Positions 8,792 to 18,114 of a stretch of 64,000 bases of DNA are shown here, piece after piece. How positions within the stretch are numbered: the first letter of the stretch is position 1; each line of letters begins with the position of its first letter. Location of the stretch: positions 18,402-82,401 of the forward strand of contig JBPBPC010000044.1 in NCBI GenBank assembly GCA_050954665.1. Reading direction: 5' to 3'. A program made the position numbers and the translations under genes. This stretch comes from Janthinobacterium lividum (GTDB lineage Bacteria; Bacteroidota; Bacteroidia; Cytophagales; Hymenobacteraceae). The notes under the pieces were generated by a model that did no database searches, was not told the origin of the DNA, and was given only the letters and a program-made list of their open reading frames with translations.

Positions 8792-9556
8792 TTACCGATA
8801 ATCTGCGTAGTGCGTTAGATGGTAATCAAGCCCGCCCCGCTGGTCGGCTATTCGCTGCATGGTGTCGAACCAATAACCGGTTGGAAACGGCTGTCGGTGA
8901 AGTTGCCCAGTCTGGTCACGCCAGCTTACCATCAGGTTGGGCCCGTCGTGTTTTATCCAAGATTCATCGGGGTCGCTGTGGCGAAACCCAGTGTTCACGG
9001 TGGCCGCCCACAGCAGGCTATCCGGGGCCACCGAAAACACCAGCCGCACCGAATCGGGCTGGGTGGGCAGTGGCAGCACCCGCATGGCCGCGTTGAGGGC
9101 GGGGCGCGGCTGCTTAGCGCGGGCCATCCACAAGTCCATGTCCTTGTAGTACCAGTTGAAAGTTCGGTGCTTGCCTAAGTATTGCATTTGCATCTCAAAC
9201 CCGGCCGCTACCAGCGTATCGACCGGTCCGAGCAGCGCTGGGGCCGTCAGGTTGGGCCGCAGGCCAGGCACGTACAGCTTCCGCACGACGGCCGCCCGCA
9301 CAACCGCCGTGCCGTGGGTGGTTATTCCCCACCACACGGTATCCACGCCAAGCGCCTTGCGGGGCACGGTTAGCGCCACTTGCAGCGGGGTGCCGATGCG
9401 GTTGCGCAGGTACACTTGTTGGTCGTTCTCCCATGCGTCGAACGAACCGAGTACCGCGGGGACTACAAACACGGCCATCACCAATAGCATGCCCAGCAGG
9501 TACAAGGCTAGCGCGCTGCCGATGAGTACCAGGAGTATTTTCCACGCAGTGGCCAT
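8792..9556 (-). CDS. Hypothetical membrane-anchored protein
   Basis: 254 aa with an N-terminal TM segment (WKILLVLIGSALALYLLGMLLVMAVFVV). No family was recognised. GC3 and amino-acid composition are coding-like. Confidence 0.6.
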   Translation of the reverse strand: MATAWKILLVLIGSALALYLLGMLLVMAVFVVPAVLGSFDAWENDQQVYLRNRIGTPLQVALTVPRKALGVDTVWWGITTHGTAVVRAAVVRKLYVPGLRPNLTAPALLGPVDTLVAAGFEMQMQYLGKHRTFNWYYKDMDLWMARAKQPRPALNAAMRVLPLPTQPDSVRLVFSVAPDSLLWAATVNTGFRHSDPDESWIKHDGPNLMVSWRDQTGQLHRQPFPTGYWFDTMQRIADQRGGLDYHLTHYADYR

Positions 9557-9631
9557 AGCATAAGGCTTTAAGCCTTAATGCGGCTACCCGCAAAAGGTAA
9601 CTGCCAGCAGGGCCGGCAGTGGCTCGCCCGG

Positions 9632-9691
9632 CAGCCAAAAGGGTGGGGCGAGGGCAGCCAATCCGCTGCCTTCGCCCCACCCTTTTGGCTG
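9632..9691 (-). terminator. Long hairpin downstream of fumC
   Basis: 27-bp stem with one mismatch: CAGCCAAAAGGGTGGGGCGAGGGCAGC (9632-9658) / GCTGCCTTCGCCCCACCCTTTTGGCTG (9665-9691), 6-nt loop. It starts 14 nt after the fumC stop. There is no U-tract. Confidence 0.55.
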
Positions 9692-9704
9692 GGCAACGAA
9701 CGGC

Positions 9705-11111
9705 CTACTTTTTCACTTCGCCCACCATGTCCTCGGGCTTCAGCCACTCGTCGAACTGCTCGGCGGTGAGGTAGCCGAGTTGCAGGGCGGTTTCCTTCAG
9801 GGTCGAGCCGTTTTTGTGGGCCGTCTGGGCAATTTCGGCGGCTTTGTAATAGCCGATGTGTGGGTTGAGGGCCGTGACGAGCATCAGGCTGCTGTCGACG
9901 TGCTTCTTGATGTTGGGCAGGATGGGCGCGATGCCCACCGCGCACTTGTCGGTGAACGACGCGCAGGCGTCGCCAATCAGCCGGGCCGAGTGCAGGAAGT
10001 TGTAGATCATCAGCGGCTTGAACACGTTCAGCTCGAAGTGGCCCAGGCTGCCGCCGATGCTGATGGCCACGTCGTTGCCCATCACCTGGGCGGCCACCAT
10101 CGTCAGGGCCTCGCACTGGGTGGGGTTCACCTTGCCGGGCATGATGCTGGAGCCGGGCTCGTTGTCGGGGATGTGGATTTCGCCGATGCCCGCCCGGGGC
10201 CCCGAACTGAGCATGCGGATGTCGTTGGCGATTTTCATCAGGCTGACGGCCACCGTTTTCAGGGCCCCGTGGGCTTCCACGATGGCGTCGTGCGCGGCCA
10301 GGGCCTCAAACTTGTTCTCGGCCGTGACGAACGGCAGGCCGGTAAGCTCGGCGATGTGCCGGGCCACGTTCTCCGAATAGTTCGGGGGCGTGTTGATGCC
10401 CGTGCCCACGGCGGTGCCGCCCAGGGCCAGCTCGCTGAGGTGGGCCAGCGTGTTGTGGATGGCCTTGAGGCCGTGGGTGAGCTGCGACACGTAGCCCGAA
10501 AACTCCTGGCCCAGCGTGAGCGGCGTGGCGTCCATGAAGTGGGTGCGGCCGATCTTCACCACGTCCATGAACTCCGTGGACTTGGCTTGCAGCGCGTCGC
10601 GCAGCTTGGTGATGCCCGGAATGGTGGTTTCGACCAGGATTTTGTAGGCCGCGATGTGCATGGCCGTCGGAAACGTGTCGTTGCTGCTCTGGCTCTTGTT
10701 CACGTCGTCGTTCGGGGCCAGGAACTTCTTTTCGTCGCCGAGCTGGCCGCCGTGCAGCACGTGGCCGCGGTAGGCCACCACCTCGTTCACGTTCATGTTG
10801 CTCTGCGTGCCCGAGCCGGTTTGCCACACCACCAGCGGAAACGAATCGGCCAGTTGGCCTTCCAGAATCTCGTCGCACACCCGGCCGATCAGTTCGGCTT
10901 TCTCGGCGTCGAGCACGCCCGCGTCGCGGTTGGTGAGGGCGGCGGCCTTCTTGAGGTAGGCAAACGCGCGGATGATTTCCTTGGGCATCCGGTTGATGTC
11001 CTGCGCAATAGGAAAGTTCTCGATGCTGCGCTGGGTTTGGGCCCCCCAGTAAGCGTCGGCGGGCACTTGCACGGTGCCCATGGTGTCTTTTTCGGTGCGG
11101 AACTGCGTCAT
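9705..11111 (-). CDS. fumC: Class II fumarate hydratase
   Basis: Trimmed to ATG 11111 ([29 protein letters not shown]). The [15 protein letters not shown] signature is present. 468 aa. Confidence 0.95.
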   Translation of the reverse strand: MTQFRTEKDTMGTVQVPADAYWGAQTQRSIENFPIAQDINRMPKEIIRAFAYLKKAAALTNRDAGVLDAEKAELIGRVCDEILEGQLADSFPLVVWQTGSGTQSNMNVNEVVAYRGHVLHGGQLGDEKKFLAPNDDVNKSQSSNDTFPTAMHIAAYKILVETTIPGITKLRDALQAKSTEFMDVVKIGRTHFMDATPLTLGQEFSGYVSQLTHGLKAIHNTLAHLSELALGGTAVGTGINTPPNYSENVARHIAELTGLPFVTAENKFEALAAHDAIVEAHGALKTVAVSLMKIANDIRMLSSGPRAGIGEIHIPDNEPGSSIMPGKVNPTQCEALTMVAAQVMGNDVAISIGGSLGHFELNVFKPLMIYNFLHSARLIGDACASFTDKCAVGIAPILPNIKKHVDSSLMLVTALNPHIGYYKAAEIAQTAHKNGSTLKETALQLGYLTAEQFDEWLKPEDMVGEVKK

Positions 11112-11254
11112 GGCCTCGGGGGCGGGGAGTGGAAAGCGTGAAAAAAATAACCGGCAACGGCCGCAAAAGTAAGCGGGCCGGCCCCCGCGGGCAGCCATTG
11201 GGGGCCCCGGCCCGTACACCCGGACAGTCATAATTTTCCCAACCTTTTCTTGCC

Positions 11255-11431
11255 ATGAGCCCGACCGATCCGACCCCCGACCCGCACACCGAGCCGCCCG
11301 TACCCGTGCAGGGCGACGGCGTGCCCGATTACAGCCACCTGGAAATCCACACCGAATCGGACCTGCCCACGCCCACCAAGCCCGGCGGCAGCGCCACCGA
11401 GCCCGAAAGCGGCGGCGGCTACAGCGGCTAG
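11255..11431 (+). CDS. Small Pro/Thr/Glu-rich hypothetical protein (58 aa)
   Basis: ATG 11255 to TAG 11429-11431 ([58 protein letters not shown]). It is below the ORF-track size cut-off. A canonical terminator follows 22 nt later. The sequence is low complexity, so this call is uncertain. Confidence 0.4.
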   Translation: MSPTDPTPDPHTEPPVPVQGDGVPDYSHLEIHTESDLPTPTKPGGSATEPESGGGYSG

Positions 11432-11452
11432 ATTTTTATGCCTGTATTTTGG

Positions 11453-11492
11453 AAACACCCGTTGTGCTAAGTGAGCATGGCGGGTGTTTTTG
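11453..11492 (+). terminator. Rho-independent terminator
   Basis: AAACACCCG (11453-11461) / CGGGTGTTT (11481-11489), followed by TTTG. Confidence 0.7.
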
Positions 11493-11931
11493 ATTCTACC
11501 TATTCTGTCAGGTCGCTATACCTTGGCAATCCCTCTTAGTTCAACCTTATGAGCCTATTCGCTTTCCCTGTAGAGATACGTCCAAGCGGCTACCAGAACT
11601 GGCGTGTCAGATGGATACCACCCGTATTTTGGGCAATAACAATTAATTTGCTAATTACGGCACTTATCTATCTGGTAAAGAGATGATTATTTTGTAGTCT
11701 TTCGCTCGTTCATAATAAAGTGGTTGAGATTATATAAGCCCAATCCATCTCTCACTTCCCTACTCGCCGCGCTGCTCTCCACTGAGAGGTGCGGCGCTTC
11801 TGCGTAGAGGGAATTTGATAATGAGATGGAAAAATAGAAGATTTCGGAGGCGGACAGTCATTATCTTTCGACGGCCTATCACTGAGATTTTGGGTGGTAG
11901 GCATTCGTTTCTTTTTCATGCTAACCCGCTT

Positions 11932-14208
11932 ATGCTGAAACGCTACGCTTTTTTCCTGGCCGCTGGCCTGCTGGCGGGGCCCGGGGCCCCCGCCCAAACC
12001 ACCCCGCCGCCACCCGCTGAGGCCAAGCCGCTGCTGGGCTTCGTGCCTGCTGCGGCCGCCGCCGAGTATCAGCTTGAAACCCAATTCGACGCCCAGCTTA
12101 AGGCCGACAACTTGCGCGCGTGGATGAAGCGCCTGGCCGCCCACCCGCACCACGTGGGCTCGCCCTACGACAAGGAAAACGCCGACTACATGGCCGGCCT
12201 GTTCAAAAGCTGGGGCTACGACACGCGCATCGACGTGTCGTACGTGCTCTTCCCCACGCCCAAGCTGCGCGTGCTGGAGCTGGTGGGCCCCACCAGGTAC
12301 ACGGCTACGTTGACCGAAAAGCCGGTGCCCGAAGACGCCACCTCGGGCCAAACCGCCGAGCAGCTGCCCACCTACAACTGCTTCTCGAAGGACGGCGACG
12401 TGACGGCCGAGCTGGTGTTCGTGAACTACGGCATCCCCAAAGACTACGAGGAGCTGGCCCGCCGCGGCATCGACGTGAAGGGTAAGGTCGTGATTGCCAA
12501 GTACGGCGGCTCGTGGCGCGGCATCAAGCCCAAGGTGGCCGCCGAGATGGGCGCCATCGGCTGCCTCATCTACTCCGACCCCAAAGACGACGGCTACGCC
12601 CAGGGCGACGTGTACCCCAAGGGCCCCTTCAAGCCCGAAACCGGGGCCCAGCGCGGCTCGGTGCTCGACATGCCCACCTACCCCGGCGACCCGCTCACGC
12701 CCGGCTACGGCTCGACCAAAAACGCCAAGCGCCTCGACTACCGCAGGGCTCCCACGCTGACCCAGATTCCGGTGCTGCCCATTTCCTACGGCGACGCCCA
12801 GCCGCTGCTCGCGGCCCTGGCCGGGCCCATGGCGCCGGCCGACTGGCGCGGGGCCCTGCCCATCCCGTACCACCTGGGCCCCGGGCCGGCGCGGGTGCAC
12901 TTGCAGCTGGCCTTCAACTGGAAAACCGAGCCCGTGTACAACGTCATCGCCACGCTCAAGGGCAGCCAGTACCCCGACGAGTGGATTCTGCGCGGCAACC
13001 ACCACGACGCCTGGGTGAACGGCGCCAGCGACCCGCTCAGCGGCATGGTGGCCGAATTGGAGGAAGCCCGGGCCCTGGGCGAGCTGGTGAAAGCCGGCTG
13101 GCGGCCCAAGCGCACCGTCATGTTTTGCGCCTGGGACGGCGAGGAGCCCGGCCTGCTGGGCTCCACGGAATGGGCCGAAACCAACGCCGCCGCCGTCCAA
13201 CAGCACGTGGTGGCGTATTTGAATACTGATAACAGCGACCGCGGCTTCCTGGGCGTGGCTGGCTCGCACACGCTGGAGAAGTTTTTCAACCAAGTGGGGC
13301 GCGACGTCATGGACCCTGAGAAGAAGGTGTCCATCATCGAGCGCCGCAAAAGCGAGGACCTGGTGAGCGGCACGCCCGAAGCCCAGAAAGATGCCCGCGA
13401 CCGGCCCGACCTGCGCATCGGGGCCCTGGGCGCGGGCTCCGACTACTCGCCCTACCTCCAGCACCTGGGCATCCCGTCGATGAACGTGGGCTTCGGCGGC
13501 GAAGGCGCGGGCGGCGAGTACCACTCCATCTTCGACTCGTACGACGACTTCGTGCGCTTCAAGGACCCCACGTTTGCCTACGGCGTGGCCCTGGCCCAAA
13601 CCATGGGCCGCTGCGTGCTGCGCCTGGCCGACGCCGACGTGCTGCCCTTCGAGTTCCAAAACCTGTCGAACACCGTGGCCAAGTACGGCGCCGAGGTGAA
13701 GCAGTTGGCCGAAACCATGCGCACCGACACCGAAAAGCAAGCCAAGCTGCTGGCCGAAAAGCGCTACGACCAGGTTTCGAACCCCGACCAGCCCCTGCTG
13801 CCGCCCAAAGCCCAGGACGCCGTGCCCTACCTCAACTTCGCGCCCCTCGACAACGCCCTGGCCAAGCTCGAACAGAGCGCCCAGGCCTACGCCCAAGCCC
13901 GCAAGGGCCCCAACAACCTATCAGAAGACCGCAAAAAGGAATTAGACCAGTTGCTCTACCAGGCCGAGCAACAACTGCTGAGCACCGAAGGCCTGCCGCG
14001 CCGGCCCTGGTACCGGCACCAGCTCTACGCGCCCGGCTTCTACACCGGCTACGGCGTGAAAACCCTGCCTGGCATCCGCGAAGCCGTGGAGGAGCGCAAG
14101 TGGGCCGAGGCCGACGAGCAAATCAAGCGTACCGGCGCCGCCATTGAGCGCTTCGCAGGCCAGGTGAACCGCGCCGCCGCAGTGGCGGGGCCCGCCCCGG
14201 CGCAGTAG
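11932..14208 (+). CDS. M28-family peptidase, glutamate carboxypeptidase II / transferrin-receptor-like
   Basis: Trimmed to ATG 11932 (signal MLKRYAFFLAAGLLAGPGAPAQ). GCPII-like blocks are present: RGNHHDAWVNGASDPLSG, WRPKRTVMFCAWDGEEPGLLGSTEWAE, and the C-terminal dimerisation region RPWYRHQLYAPGFYTGYG. Confidence 0.9.
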   Translation: MLKRYAFFLAAGLLAGPGAPAQTTPPPPAEAKPLLGFVPAAAAAEYQLETQFDAQLKADNLRAWMKRLAAHPHHVGSPYDKENADYMAGLFKSWGYDTRIDVSYVLFPTPKLRVLELVGPTRYTATLTEKPVPEDATSGQTAEQLPTYNCFSKDGDVTAELVFVNYGIPKDYEELARRGIDVKGKVVIAKYGGSWRGIKPKVAAEMGAIGCLIYSDPKDDGYAQGDVYPKGPFKPETGAQRGSVLDMPTYPGDPLTPGYGSTKNAKRLDYRRAPTLTQIPVLPISYGDAQPLLAALAGPMAPADWRGALPIPYHLGPGPARVHLQLAFNWKTEPVYNVIATLKGSQYPDEWILRGNHHDAWVNGASDPLSGMVAELEEARALGELVKAGWRPKRTVMFCAWDGEEPGLLGSTEWAETNAAAVQQHVVAYLNTDNSDRGFLGVAGSHTLEKFFNQVGRDVMDPEKKVSIIERRKSEDLVSGTPEAQKDARDRPDLRIGALGAGSDYSPYLQHLGIPSMNVGFGGEGAGGEYHSIFDSYDDFVRFKDPTFAYGVALAQTMGRCVLRLADADVLPFEFQNLSNTVAKYGAEVKQLAETMRTDTEKQAKLLAEKRYDQVSNPDQPLLPPKAQDAVPYLNFAPLDNALAKLEQSAQAYAQARKGPNNLSEDRKKELDQLLYQAEQQLLSTEGLPRRPWYRHQLYAPGFYTGYGVKTLPGIREAVEERKWAEADEQIKRTGAAIERFAGQVNRAAAVAGPAPAQ

Positions 14209-14233
14209 CCAGGGGCCCTGTGGGTCTGTATTC

Positions 14234-14346
14234 GAAAAGAATAAAACGTCATGCAGAGCGCAGCGAAGCATCTCTCCCGCAGCAGTAAATAATTAGTTGA
14301 GCAGGAGAAACGCTTCGCTGCGCTCTGCATGACGTTCTATTCTTCC
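14234..14346. repeat. Nested-palindrome intergenic element, family A, copy 1
   Basis: 25-nt perfect inverted core AACGTCATGCAGAGCGCAGCGAAGC (14245-14269) / GCTTCGCTGCGCTCTGCATGACGTT (14312-14336), with imperfect extensions. The same core recurs at 17969-18064. Confidence 0.9.
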
Positions 14347-14374
14347 ATGAATTTGGAAAACTCCACATGCCCGC

Positions 14375-15622
14375 ATGCCCAACTTTCGCCTCGTCCTTTT
14401 GCCTTTGCTCCTAACCCTCTCTGCCCGACCGGCCGGGGCCCAAACGGCCGAGGCGAAGCTGCAAGCCAAAGCCCGGGCTCTGCACGAGCGCGCCTTTGTG
14501 GTTGACTCGCACCAGGATACGCCCGGCAACCTCCTCAAGCCCGGCTTCGACCTGGCCCGCGACCACGGACCGGCGGAAGAGGCGAAGGTAGACTTCCCCA
14601 AAATGCGGCGCGGCGGGGTGGACGCCGCGTTTTGGGCCGTGTACGTGGGGCAGGGGCCCCGCACGCCGGCCGGCTACGCCGCCATCCGGCAGGAAGTGCA
14701 GGCCCAGTTCGACGCCATCCACGCGGCCGTTCGGCGGCACCCGGCCGAGCTGGCGCTGGCCACCACGCCGGCCGAGGCGCGGCGCATTCGGCGGGCCGGC
14801 CAGCGGGCCATTTTCATCGGCATGGAGAATGGCTACCCCGTGGGCCAAGACCTGGCCATGCTCCAAACCTACTACGACCAGGGCGCGCGCTACCTCACGC
14901 TGTGCCACTCCTCCAACAACGACCTCTGCGACTCGTCCACCGACCCCCAGGGCCCCGAGTGGCAGGGCCTCAGCCCGTTGGGCGAACGGGCGGTGCGGGA
15001 AATGAATCGCCTGGGCCTGCTGGTGGACGTGTCGCACACCTCCGACTCGACGTTTTATGACGTGTTGCGGCTCTCGCGGGTGCCCGTCATCGCCTCGCAC
15101 TCGGGCAGCCGGGTACTGGCCGACATGGCCCGCAACCTCACCGACGACATGCTGCGGGCCCTGGCCCGCCACGGCGGCGTGGTGCAGCTCAACTTGTTCA
15201 GCCCCTACGTGAAAACGGAGGTGAAAACCCCCGCCCGGCAGGCCGTCGAGCAGGCGTTTTGCACCAAGTGGGGCCTCAAAACCTTCCTCAACGTGTACGC
15301 CCTGCCCGCCGCCGACCGCACCCAGGCGCTGGCCGAATACGTGGAGATTGAGCGCCGTTACCCCGTGCCGCTGGCCACCGTGGCGGACGTGGCCAACCAA
15401 ATCGACCACCTCGTGCAAGTGGCCGGCATCGACCACGTGGGCATCGGCTCCGACTTCGACGGCGGCACCGTGCTCGACGGCCTGGCCGACGTGGGCGACT
15501 TCCCCAACCTAACCCTGGAATTGGTGCGCCGCGGCTATTCGGCCCGGGCCCTGCGCAAAATCTGGGGCGGCAACCTGTTCCGGGTGATGGACGCCGCGGC
15601 CCGCGGCAAAGGCAACTCGTGA
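14375..15622 (+). CDS. M19-family membrane (renal-type) dipeptidase
   Basis: 415 aa with signal MPNFRLVLLPLLLTLSARPAGAQ. M19 blocks are present: VVDSHQDTP, YLTLCHSSNNDLCDSS, LVDVSHTSD, GIGSDFDG. Confidence 0.9.
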   Translation: MPNFRLVLLPLLLTLSARPAGAQTAEAKLQAKARALHERAFVVDSHQDTPGNLLKPGFDLARDHGPAEEAKVDFPKMRRGGVDAAFWAVYVGQGPRTPAGYAAIRQEVQAQFDAIHAAVRRHPAELALATTPAEARRIRRAGQRAIFIGMENGYPVGQDLAMLQTYYDQGARYLTLCHSSNNDLCDSSTDPQGPEWQGLSPLGERAVREMNRLGLLVDVSHTSDSTFYDVLRLSRVPVIASHSGSRVLADMARNLTDDMLRALARHGGVVQLNLFSPYVKTEVKTPARQAVEQAFCTKWGLKTFLNVYALPAADRTQALAEYVEIERRYPVPLATVADVANQIDHLVQVAGIDHVGIGSDFDGGTVLDGLADVGDFPNLTLELVRRGYSARALRKIWGGNLFRVMDAAARGKGNS

Positions 15623-15624
15623 CC

Positions 15625-15721
15625 TGTAGCGCGGACTTTGTAGTCCGCGGCTCTCGCTTCGTCCTGCCGATTAATCGTTGGGCGACCGTACAAAAACGCG
15701 GATTACAAAGTCCGCGCTACA
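15625..15721. repeat. Nested-palindrome intergenic element, family B
   Basis: TGTAGCGCGGACTTTGTAGTCCGCG (15625-15649) is inverted at 15697-15721 with one mismatch. Each arm is itself a GCGGAC/GTCCGC mini-hairpin. The centre carries the perfect palindrome CGATTAATCG (15668-15677). Confidence 0.85.
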
Positions 15722-15742
15722 TTCTAAATGCCTCTTCAGACC

Positions 15743-17914
15743 ATGAAAAAAACTACCCTTGCCCTCTTAGCCGGTTGCCTGGCGCAGGCTGCCCGGGCCC
15801 AGCAGGGCCCCGAGCCGGTGAAGGTGACCGATTTGCTGAAAATCCAGCAGGTGGGCAACATCACCTTGACGCGCGACGGCCGCTGGGCCGCTTTCACGGT
15901 GCTCGGCGTGGAACCCGACGAGAAGAACAAGGCCGACTACAAAAACGTGACCCAGCTCTACCAAGTGGGCACCGCGGCGGGGGCCCAACCGCGGCAACTC
16001 ACGTCGGCCAAGGAGGGCGCAAGCCAGCCGGCCTGGAGCCCCGACGGCCGGCAGCTGGCCTTCGTGCGCACCGTGGACGACAAGCCGCAGGTGTTCGTGC
16101 TGCCCGCCGACGGCGGCGAAGCCCGCCAGCTGACCCGCTCCAAGTACGGCGCCGGGGCCCCCAAATGGTCGCCCGACGGCCGGCAAATCCTGTTTTCGGC
16201 GCCCGTGCCGCTGCGCGAGCTGCTGAAAGACTCGGTGCTGAACGCGGCGAAGGCCGTGCCCGGCTGGTCGTTTGAGAAGCCCGGCTTCGCCAAAAACACC
16301 CTGCTGGGCCCCGCCAAGCCCAACGCCGACGGCAGCCTGGCCGAAATCCGCGCTTACCTTGACAAAGACGAGGTGGACAAGAAGGCCAAGGTGCTGGACA
16401 ACTTGAACTTCCAGGACGAGAAGGACGTGTCGGCGGAGCAGAATTTTGCGCAGTTTTTCCTCATCAGCGTCGCCGACGCCGGGGCCCCGCCCGTGTCGGT
16501 GACCCACGGCTTCTACCGGTTTTCGCAGGCCGAGTTCACGCCCGACGGGCAGCACCTGGTGCTGCTGGCCGCCCTCGACTCGCTGCGCCACCCCGACCGG
16601 GCCCAGGAAAACGGCCTCTACCTGACCGACCGCGCCGGCCGCCACCCGCGCCTGCTGCTGGGCCACGACAGCACCGCGTACACTGGCCTGAAGGTGTCGC
16701 CCTCGGGCAAGTGGCTGGCGTTTCAGCAGGAGCCCACCGGGCGCGTGGCCGTGCCCACGCTGGCCCTGCTGCCGCTGAACGGCAATGCCAAGGATTTGAT
16801 TACCATTCCCTTCGACCGCAGCAAGGGCACCTTGGCCTGGAGCAGCGACGAGCAATACGTCTACTTCACAGCCCAGGCCAACGGCGGGGCCCCGCTGTAC
16901 CGCGCCAACGTGAAAACCCGAAAAATCGAAAAACTCTCGGCCGACGACACGGGCATCCTGAGCTTCGACGTGGCCCAGGGCCGGGTGGTGTTCGCCCAAA
17001 CCGGCGTCCGCAACCCCTCCGACTTGTTTGTGGCCGATGCCGGGCTGCGCCAGGTGCAACGCGCCGGCACCTTCAACGACTGGGTGAAAAACCGGCAGCT
17101 GTCGTTGCCCGAAAAGCACAACTTTGTGAACGACAAGGGCTTGACGGTGGAGTACTGGGTGATGAAGCCCACCGCCTACCAGGCCGGCCGCAAGTACCCA
17201 CTGCTGCTCGACATCCACGGGGGCCCCGCGGCCATGTGGGGCCCCGGCGAGGCCAGCATGTGGCACGAGTTCCAGTACTTCGCCAGCCAGGGCTACGGCG
17301 TGGTGTACGGCAACCCACGCGGCTCGGGTGGCTACGGCCAGGCTTTCCTGCGGGCCAACATCAACGACTGGGGCACGGGCCCCAGCGCCGACGTGCTCGC
17401 CGCGCTCGACAAAACCGTGGCCGAGGGCTGGGCCGACCCCCAGAAACTGGTCGTGACGGGCGGCTCGTACGCGGGCTACCTCGTGGCCTGGATCATCGCC
17501 CACGACCACCGTTTTCAGGCCGCGTGCTCGCAGCGCGGCGTCTACGATTTGGCCACGTTCTTCGGCGAGGGCAACGCCTGGCGCTTGGTGCCCAACTACT
17601 TCGGCGGCTACCCCTGGGAGCCGGCGGTGCGCGCCGCGCTCACCCGCGAGTCGCCCATCACCTACGTCCAGCACATCACCACGCCCTACATCATCTTCCA
17701 CGGCGAGAGCGACCGCCGCACGGGCTTCGTGCAGGGCGAGATGCTGTACCGCAGCCTCAAGGTGCTGGGCCGCCCGGTGGAGTACGTGCGCCACCCCGGC
17801 GGCACCCACGAGCTGACCCGCGCCGGCGACAACCGCCAGCGCATCGACCAGATGCTGCGCACCTACGAGTTCTTCGAACGCTACCTGCACACCAAAGTGG
17901 CGGCGGCGCAGTAG
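15743..17914 (+). CDS. S9-family serine peptidase (prolyl oligopeptidase/acylaminoacyl peptidase type) with N-terminal beta-propeller
   Basis: Signal MKKTTLALLAGCLAQAARAQ (an alternative ATG lies at 15728). TolB-like WSPDG repeats are present, then the catalytic region GGSYAGYL .. HGESDRR. Confidence 0.9.
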   Translation: MKKTTLALLAGCLAQAARAQQGPEPVKVTDLLKIQQVGNITLTRDGRWAAFTVLGVEPDEKNKADYKNVTQLYQVGTAAGAQPRQLTSAKEGASQPAWSPDGRQLAFVRTVDDKPQVFVLPADGGEARQLTRSKYGAGAPKWSPDGRQILFSAPVPLRELLKDSVLNAAKAVPGWSFEKPGFAKNTLLGPAKPNADGSLAEIRAYLDKDEVDKKAKVLDNLNFQDEKDVSAEQNFAQFFLISVADAGAPPVSVTHGFYRFSQAEFTPDGQHLVLLAALDSLRHPDRAQENGLYLTDRAGRHPRLLLGHDSTAYTGLKVSPSGKWLAFQQEPTGRVAVPTLALLPLNGNAKDLITIPFDRSKGTLAWSSDEQYVYFTAQANGGAPLYRANVKTRKIEKLSADDTGILSFDVAQGRVVFAQTGVRNPSDLFVADAGLRQVQRAGTFNDWVKNRQLSLPEKHNFVNDKGLTVEYWVMKPTAYQAGRKYPLLLDIHGGPAAMWGPGEASMWHEFQYFASQGYGVVYGNPRGSGGYGQAFLRANINDWGTGPSADVLAALDKTVAEGWADPQKLVVTGGSYAGYLVAWIIAHDHRFQAACSQRGVYDLATFFGEGNAWRLVPNYFGGYPWEPAVRAALTRESPITYVQHITTPYIIFHGESDRRTGFVQGEMLYRSLKVLGRPVEYVRHPGGTHELTRAGDNRQRIDQMLRTYEFFERYLHTKVAAAQ

Positions 17915-17968
17915 CGCCGGGGCCCCAGCGCAGTTTGTGGTTGTCCGTAGTTGTAATGAGTTAGAAAA

Positions 17969-18064
17969 GAACGTCATGCAGAGCGCAGCGAAGCATCTCT
18001 ACTGCGCAATTAACCATAGTTACTGCCGCAGTAGAGATGCTTCGCTGCGCTCTGCATGACGTTC
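17969..18064. repeat. Nested-palindrome intergenic element, family A, copy 2
   Basis: 38-nt perfect inverted arms GAACGTCATGCAGAGCGCAGCGAAGCATCTCTACTGCG (17969-18006) / complement (18027-18064), with a 20-nt loop. Confidence 0.9.
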
Positions 18065-18114
18065 TACACCAATGTTATAAGTCACTGTTCATCTTTCTTT
18101 TCGACGTCCTTCTT

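Noticed and set aside
13942-14271. ORFs beginning MLRCALHDVL (13942-14271 minus strand, and the first 26 codons of 18037-19191).
   Set aside because: The ATG and first ~10 codons lie inside the arms of the family-A palindromic repeat, so the same peptide start appears wherever the repeat occurs. The real S33 peptidase starts at ATG 18115 with a lipoprotein signal.
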